Source of the DNA: an uncultured delta proteobacterium
GTDB taxonomy: Bacteria > Myxococcota_A > Polyangia > Polyangiales > Polyangiaceae
Assembly: GCA_963841435.1 (NCBI GenBank)
Contig: CAWJCS010000002.1
Location: forward strand, 160,001 to 224,000
Direction: 5' to 3'
DNA: 64,000 nucleotides
Position numbers and translations under genes: made by a program. Below the pieces are notes generated by a model. It saw only the letters and a list, made by a program, of their open reading frames with translations, was not told the DNA's origin and searched no databases. Position 1 is the stretch's first letter; each line of letters begins with the position of its first letter. Shown one piece after another: positions 60,381 through 64,000 of this stretch.

Positions 60381-60409
60381 CATTCTCATCTTCGACAGGT
60401 CATTCGCAT
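60381..60409. promoter_or_regulatory. Direct repeat CATTCTCAT/CATTCGCAT (20-bp period) in the divergent promoter region
   Basis: Read directly between the cytochrome operon and the GH44 gene. Confidence 0.35.
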
Positions 60410-60501
60410 AAGTGGCCACCCCGATAGGGCACGAACCCCTTGAGATCCCGCGGCACCTGTCACAACCCTTGCCGTCGCGCTGAGCCCTGGAGACGGATGA
60501 C

Positions 60502-62874
60502 ATGCGAGCTTCGATCGCCAAAACCTGCATCACGCTGAGTCTGCTGACCGCGGCGGTCCTCGCCGCCGCATCGAGCTGCGTCAGACCGCCGCCCTACGAT
60601 CCCTCGAAGGTCGAAACGTCCGAGGTCGAGGTGACCAACGACGTGACGCTGCTCTGGGACGGCGACGAGCACGGCGGCAGCGCCAAAGAATGGGCGAGCT
60701 GCAACCTGAAGGACGCGTGCAAGAGCACGGTGAAAGTCGCGCCGGGCTCGGGTGTGAACGATTCCGTCGGACTCGAATGGCACGTCGAAGGCAAAGACTG
60801 GAAGGGCTTCGGCTGGAACTGGCACGGCTTCTGGCCCGAGAACGCCGGCACCGACGTTTCGGGATTCAAGAACCTGAGCTTCTGGATCCGCCTCAAGCTC
60901 GACGATCCGAAAAAAGCACCGGAGCTCAAGGATCTGACGGTGGGCCTCGCCGGCTCCAACAAGGCCAAGGGGGAGTCGGCCACGGTGCCGCTCGTCGGTT
61001 ACGTCAACGGCCTGGCCGACGAAAAATGGCACGAAATCGTCGTTCCGATCGGTGATCTCACCAAGGGCAAGGGCAAGGACTTCGACCTCACGAAGGTATG
61101 GGAGCTCCGGCTCGGCGAGTACGCCATGTCGGAACGCAACTTCACCGTCTTCGTCAACAACATCGGCTTCGACGACCGGAAGCTCGTCGCGCTCATCAGC
61201 TTGCCCGAAAAGAGGGCTCCGGCACCGCTCGGCAGCGAGGTCGTCAACGTCGTGGCGAAGGTCGACCTGGCCGCCCCCGGTACGGCCGTGAGCCCGTACA
61301 TCTATGGGGTGAGCCACGGCGACGCCGAGGCGTTGCACGAGATGGGCGTCACCATCCGGCGTCAGGGCGGCAACCTCTCGAGCGTGTACGACTGGCGTAC
61401 TGGCTTCACCTCCGCGGGGGCCGACTGGTTCTTCGAGAACCGCAAGATGCTGGAGACGCCCCACCCCGAGGAAAACGTGTGGGTGGTGATGCACCGCGAG
61501 AACAAGAAGTTCGGGATGAAGAGCTTCTTCACCCTGCCGTCGGAATGGGTTGCCAAGGACGACAAGTCGAGCGGCTTCCCCAAGGATGTCTACCCGGAAT
61601 GCGAAGGATTCGCTCCCGACCGACCCGACGCGTGCAACGGAAAGCTTGTGCAGAAGGACAAAGAGGGCAACCCCATCAAGCTCAGCTGCGGCGCGCACCC
61701 GACCCAGAACGGAAAGTACGTGGGTACCGACTACAACGTCGAGCTCGTCAAATACTGCATCAAGGACGCCGGCCTCGGTCGCGCCGATCAGGGCGGCATC
61801 GGCATCATTTCGCTCGACAACGAGCCCATGCTCTACACGGAAACCCACCGTGACATGATCTGCAAGGGCTTCACCTACGACGAGTACTGGGCGCGCACCA
61901 AGAAGGCCGCCGAGGGCATTCACGCCGCGGATCCCAGTGTGAAGGTGGCGGCCCCGGCGCTCTGGGGCTGGACGGCCTATTCACTCGCGTCTGGCGATCT
62001 AAAGTATCGCGAGGAGCACGGCCTCGGTTGGGACGCGACGAGCAAGCTTCCCGATTTTGCCAAGTACGGCCCCTTCGCCCTCGACTTCATGCGCCGCTGT
62101 GCCGAGTACAAGAAGCAGACCGGCAAGAACCTGGTCAACATCTTCGTGTTCCACGGCTACCCGAACACGCCCAAGCTCGGCTGGGACAACCGCGCCGAGT
62201 TCGCCCATCCTTCCCCCGAGCTTCAGGAGCTCCGCGTTCGCGACGTGAGGAAATTCTGGGACGAATCGTACCGGGACCCCGACACCTGGATGGGCAAGGA
62301 AAGCTGGAGCAACGGCAACATCGCCTATGTCCCGCTGATGCGGCGCTGGATGAAGCAGGCCGGCTGGGACGTGCCGATCGCCATCGGCGAATACGACTAT
62401 TCCGGCCCCGAAGGTGGCGAGGAAATCTCCGCCGCCGTGGCTCAGGCCGAAAGCCTCGCGGCCTTCGCCCGCTCGGGGGTGAGCTACGCCATGTACTGGG
62501 CCGACCCGCGCAAACACGGGCCGGTGTATTTCGCGTTCAAGATGTACCGAAACCCCGACGGCAAGCGCACGGCCGTGGGCGATCGCTTCATCGTGGGTGA
62601 GGTCAGCGATTTCGACAGCGTGAGCGTGTACGCGTTCAAGGACGAGAAGAAGAAGGTCGCCTCGTTCATGATTCTCAACAAGCGGGCGACGAAGGGGGCC
62701 AACGTGGTGCTCGAGCTCGGCGCTCCCGTCCCGACCCAGAAGGCGCCACGCTACGAGTACAGCCGGGCCAACCAGAAAGCGATCGGCGAGCTACCGCCGC
62801 TGGACGTGAGTGGAAAGAGCGTTCACCTCGGCATCGCGCCAATGTCGATCTTGCGGGTGGACGTGAAGCTTTGA
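60502..62874 (+). CDS. GH44 endoglucanase/xyloglucanase lipoprotein with N-terminal CBM30/CBM11-like module
   Basis: Lipobox ASSC; 'VSPYIYG', 'RQGGN...YDW...GADWFF', acid/base 'LDNEP', nucleophile 'AIGEYDY', 'FKMYRNPDG'. Confidence 0.9.
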   Translation: MRASIAKTCITLSLLTAAVLAAASSCVRPPPYDPSKVETSEVEVTNDVTLLWDGDEHGGSAKEWASCNLKDACKSTVKVAPGSGVNDSVGLEWHVEGKDWKGFGWNWHGFWPENAGTDVSGFKNLSFWIRLKLDDPKKAPELKDLTVGLAGSNKAKGESATVPLVGYVNGLADEKWHEIVVPIGDLTKGKGKDFDLTKVWELRLGEYAMSERNFTVFVNNIGFDDRKLVALISLPEKRAPAPLGSEVVNVVAKVDLAAPGTAVSPYIYGVSHGDAEALHEMGVTIRRQGGNLSSVYDWRTGFTSAGADWFFENRKMLETPHPEENVWVVMHRENKKFGMKSFFTLPSEWVAKDDKSSGFPKDVYPECEGFAPDRPDACNGKLVQKDKEGNPIKLSCGAHPTQNGKYVGTDYNVELVKYCIKDAGLGRADQGGIGIISLDNEPMLYTETHRDMICKGFTYDEYWARTKKAAEGIHAADPSVKVAAPALWGWTAYSLASGDLKYREEHGLGWDATSKLPDFAKYGPFALDFMRRCAEYKKQTGKNLVNIFVFHGYPNTPKLGWDNRAEFAHPSPELQELRVRDVRKFWDESYRDPDTWMGKESWSNGNIAYVPLMRRWMKQAGWDVPIAIGEYDYSGPEGGEEISAAVAQAESLAAFARSGVSYAMYWADPRKHGPVYFAFKMYRNPDGKRTAVGDRFIVGEVSDFDSVSVYAFKDEKKKVASFMILNKRATKGANVVLELGAPVPTQKAPRYEYSRANQKAIGELPPLDVSGKSVHLGIAPMSILRVDVKL

Positions 62875-63801
62875 CCGAGACCCGCGGGCGCGCAGCGCCT
62901 CGCTCGGACTGCCGCCGCGGAGCGCGCGGAACACCCGGTGAAACTGCGCGTAGCTACCGAACCCTGCGCCTTCGGCCGCGGCGTGCAAATTGTCGCCACC
63001 GGCATCGAGCAACGTCTGGAAGCGCTCGAGTCGGAGCCGATTTCTGTACTCGACGAGCGACATCCCCATCTCGCGCTTGAACACGCGAGCCAGGCGGCTC
63101 AGCGTGATACCGAGCTCGGCGGCGAGCTCTTTGCCGGAAAGCGACGGTTCTTTCGCGAGGCGGCGCACGGTCCCGACGACCATGGGATTCCCCGGTGCTG
63201 CGAGCTCGCCGACGGGGCGCGCGAGGGGACCGCGCCTCAGATCCAGCACGGTCGCGAGGAGTGAGCAGAGCAGCGACGCGCGCGCCTGCCTGGCATCGTC
63301 GAGCGGCGTGCCCGTCGCACCGGGGTCGTTGAACATCATGCCCAGCGTTCCGCGCACCGAGCGGATGGGGGTGCACGCCAACCAGCCGCGACCGACCACG
63401 CGCGTCTCGCTCTCGAGCTGGACGACGAGCGGCGAGTTGTCGATCACCGTGAACGGAATGCCTTCCTCGTCGGCCCGGCGAAACACCTCGCGATCGTAGT
63501 CCCCCAGGCTGTACATGACGTGATGCTCGTCGACGAGGCGCCGCTCGAGGTCCGTGCCCCAGGTGCCGAGCATGGCGGTTCCGGTTTCGTCGAGCAGGAA
63601 CAGCCCCACGCGCACGAGCCCCACGCGTTCCAGCGCGAGCTCGACCGCACGCTTGAGCAAGCGTTCGCCGTCCTCGATGGCGGCGAGCTCGTCGAAGGCG
63701 GAAAGCAGCGGATCCACCGCGGGCGGCGGAGCCAGGATCTCCGGGGGCGGCTGATCCACATCGAGGATCAACGGCCAATCGACGCGGCGTCTGAGGTTCA
63801 C
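62791..63801 (-). CDS. AraC-family regulator with N-terminal GAF-like domain
   Basis: 'ELAAELGITLSRLARVFKREMG', 'AGFGSYAQFHRVFR'; N-terminal 'RVGLFLLD...GTWG...CTPIRS' GAF-like pattern. Confidence 0.85.
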   Translation of the reverse strand: MNLRRRVDWPLILDVDQPPPEILAPPPAVDPLLSAFDELAAIEDGERLLKRAVELALERVGLVRVGLFLLDETGTAMLGTWGTDLERRLVDEHHVMYSLGDYDREVFRRADEEGIPFTVIDNSPLVVQLESETRVVGRGWLACTPIRSVRGTLGMMFNDPGATGTPLDDARQARASLLCSLLATVLDLRRGPLARPVGELAAPGNPMVVGTVRRLAKEPSLSGKELAAELGITLSRLARVFKREMGMSLVEYRNRLRLERFQTLLDAGGDNLHAAAEGAGFGSYAQFHRVFRALRGGSPSEALRARGSRSKLHVHPQDRHWRDAEVNALSTHVQRR

Positions 63802-64000
63802 GGTCGAGCCACAAATGTATCAGGCGCCACCCGCCAGCGCCCGCCCGGTGCGAAACCCCGAGGGTCGGCGCCGCCTCCGCGCGCTCCGCGCGGCCGGCGT
63901 CGCCCGGCGGGCCCGGGGCGGATCAAATTGCCGAGGGGGCGACGGCGTGGTGCGGCAGCTCAGCCGGGCTCGTACGTGCTGAGCCAGAGGTCGCCCGCCT

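Noticed and set aside
1-64000. Mobile elements, prophage, defence systems, tRNA/rRNA
   Set aside because: No transposase, integrase, phage, nuclease or structural RNA signatures were recognised

Overview
A very GC-rich bacterial window. Gene style (Ser/Thr kinase, sigma-54 activators, Gly-linker lipoproteins, DUF1592/DUF1552 pair, CglB-like VWA protein) points to a myxobacterium of the Sorangium/Polyangium type; this is inference. No rRNA, tRNA, CRISPR array or mobile element was found. Left half: LolCDE/MacB-like ABC operon, site-2 protease, TamA/TamB pair, M13 peptidase, Cache-domain receptor kinase, and a regulatory block (AraC, MASE1 kinase, response regulator with a clear sigma-54 promoter, two convergent bEBPs with altered ATPase motifs). 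Middle: DUF1592/DUF1552, a three-gene YkgJ operon, several surface lipoproteins, and a kinase-like/HhH/MidA methyltransferase fusion. Right (46.8-63.8 kb) is the most striking part: a carbohydrate-utilization locus (GH27, GH5, GH2, GH44, LacI, AraC). Its core is not SusC/SusD or an ABC importer. It is a co-oriented run of a c-type cytochrome lipoprotein, two paralogous uncharacterised outer-membrane barrels and two CBM11-like lipoproteins. Eight +1 frameshifts in seven genes and several D-to-N changes at conserved motifs look like systematic long-read consensus errors rather than pseudogenes. All family calls are from motif recognition by eye; no searches were run.
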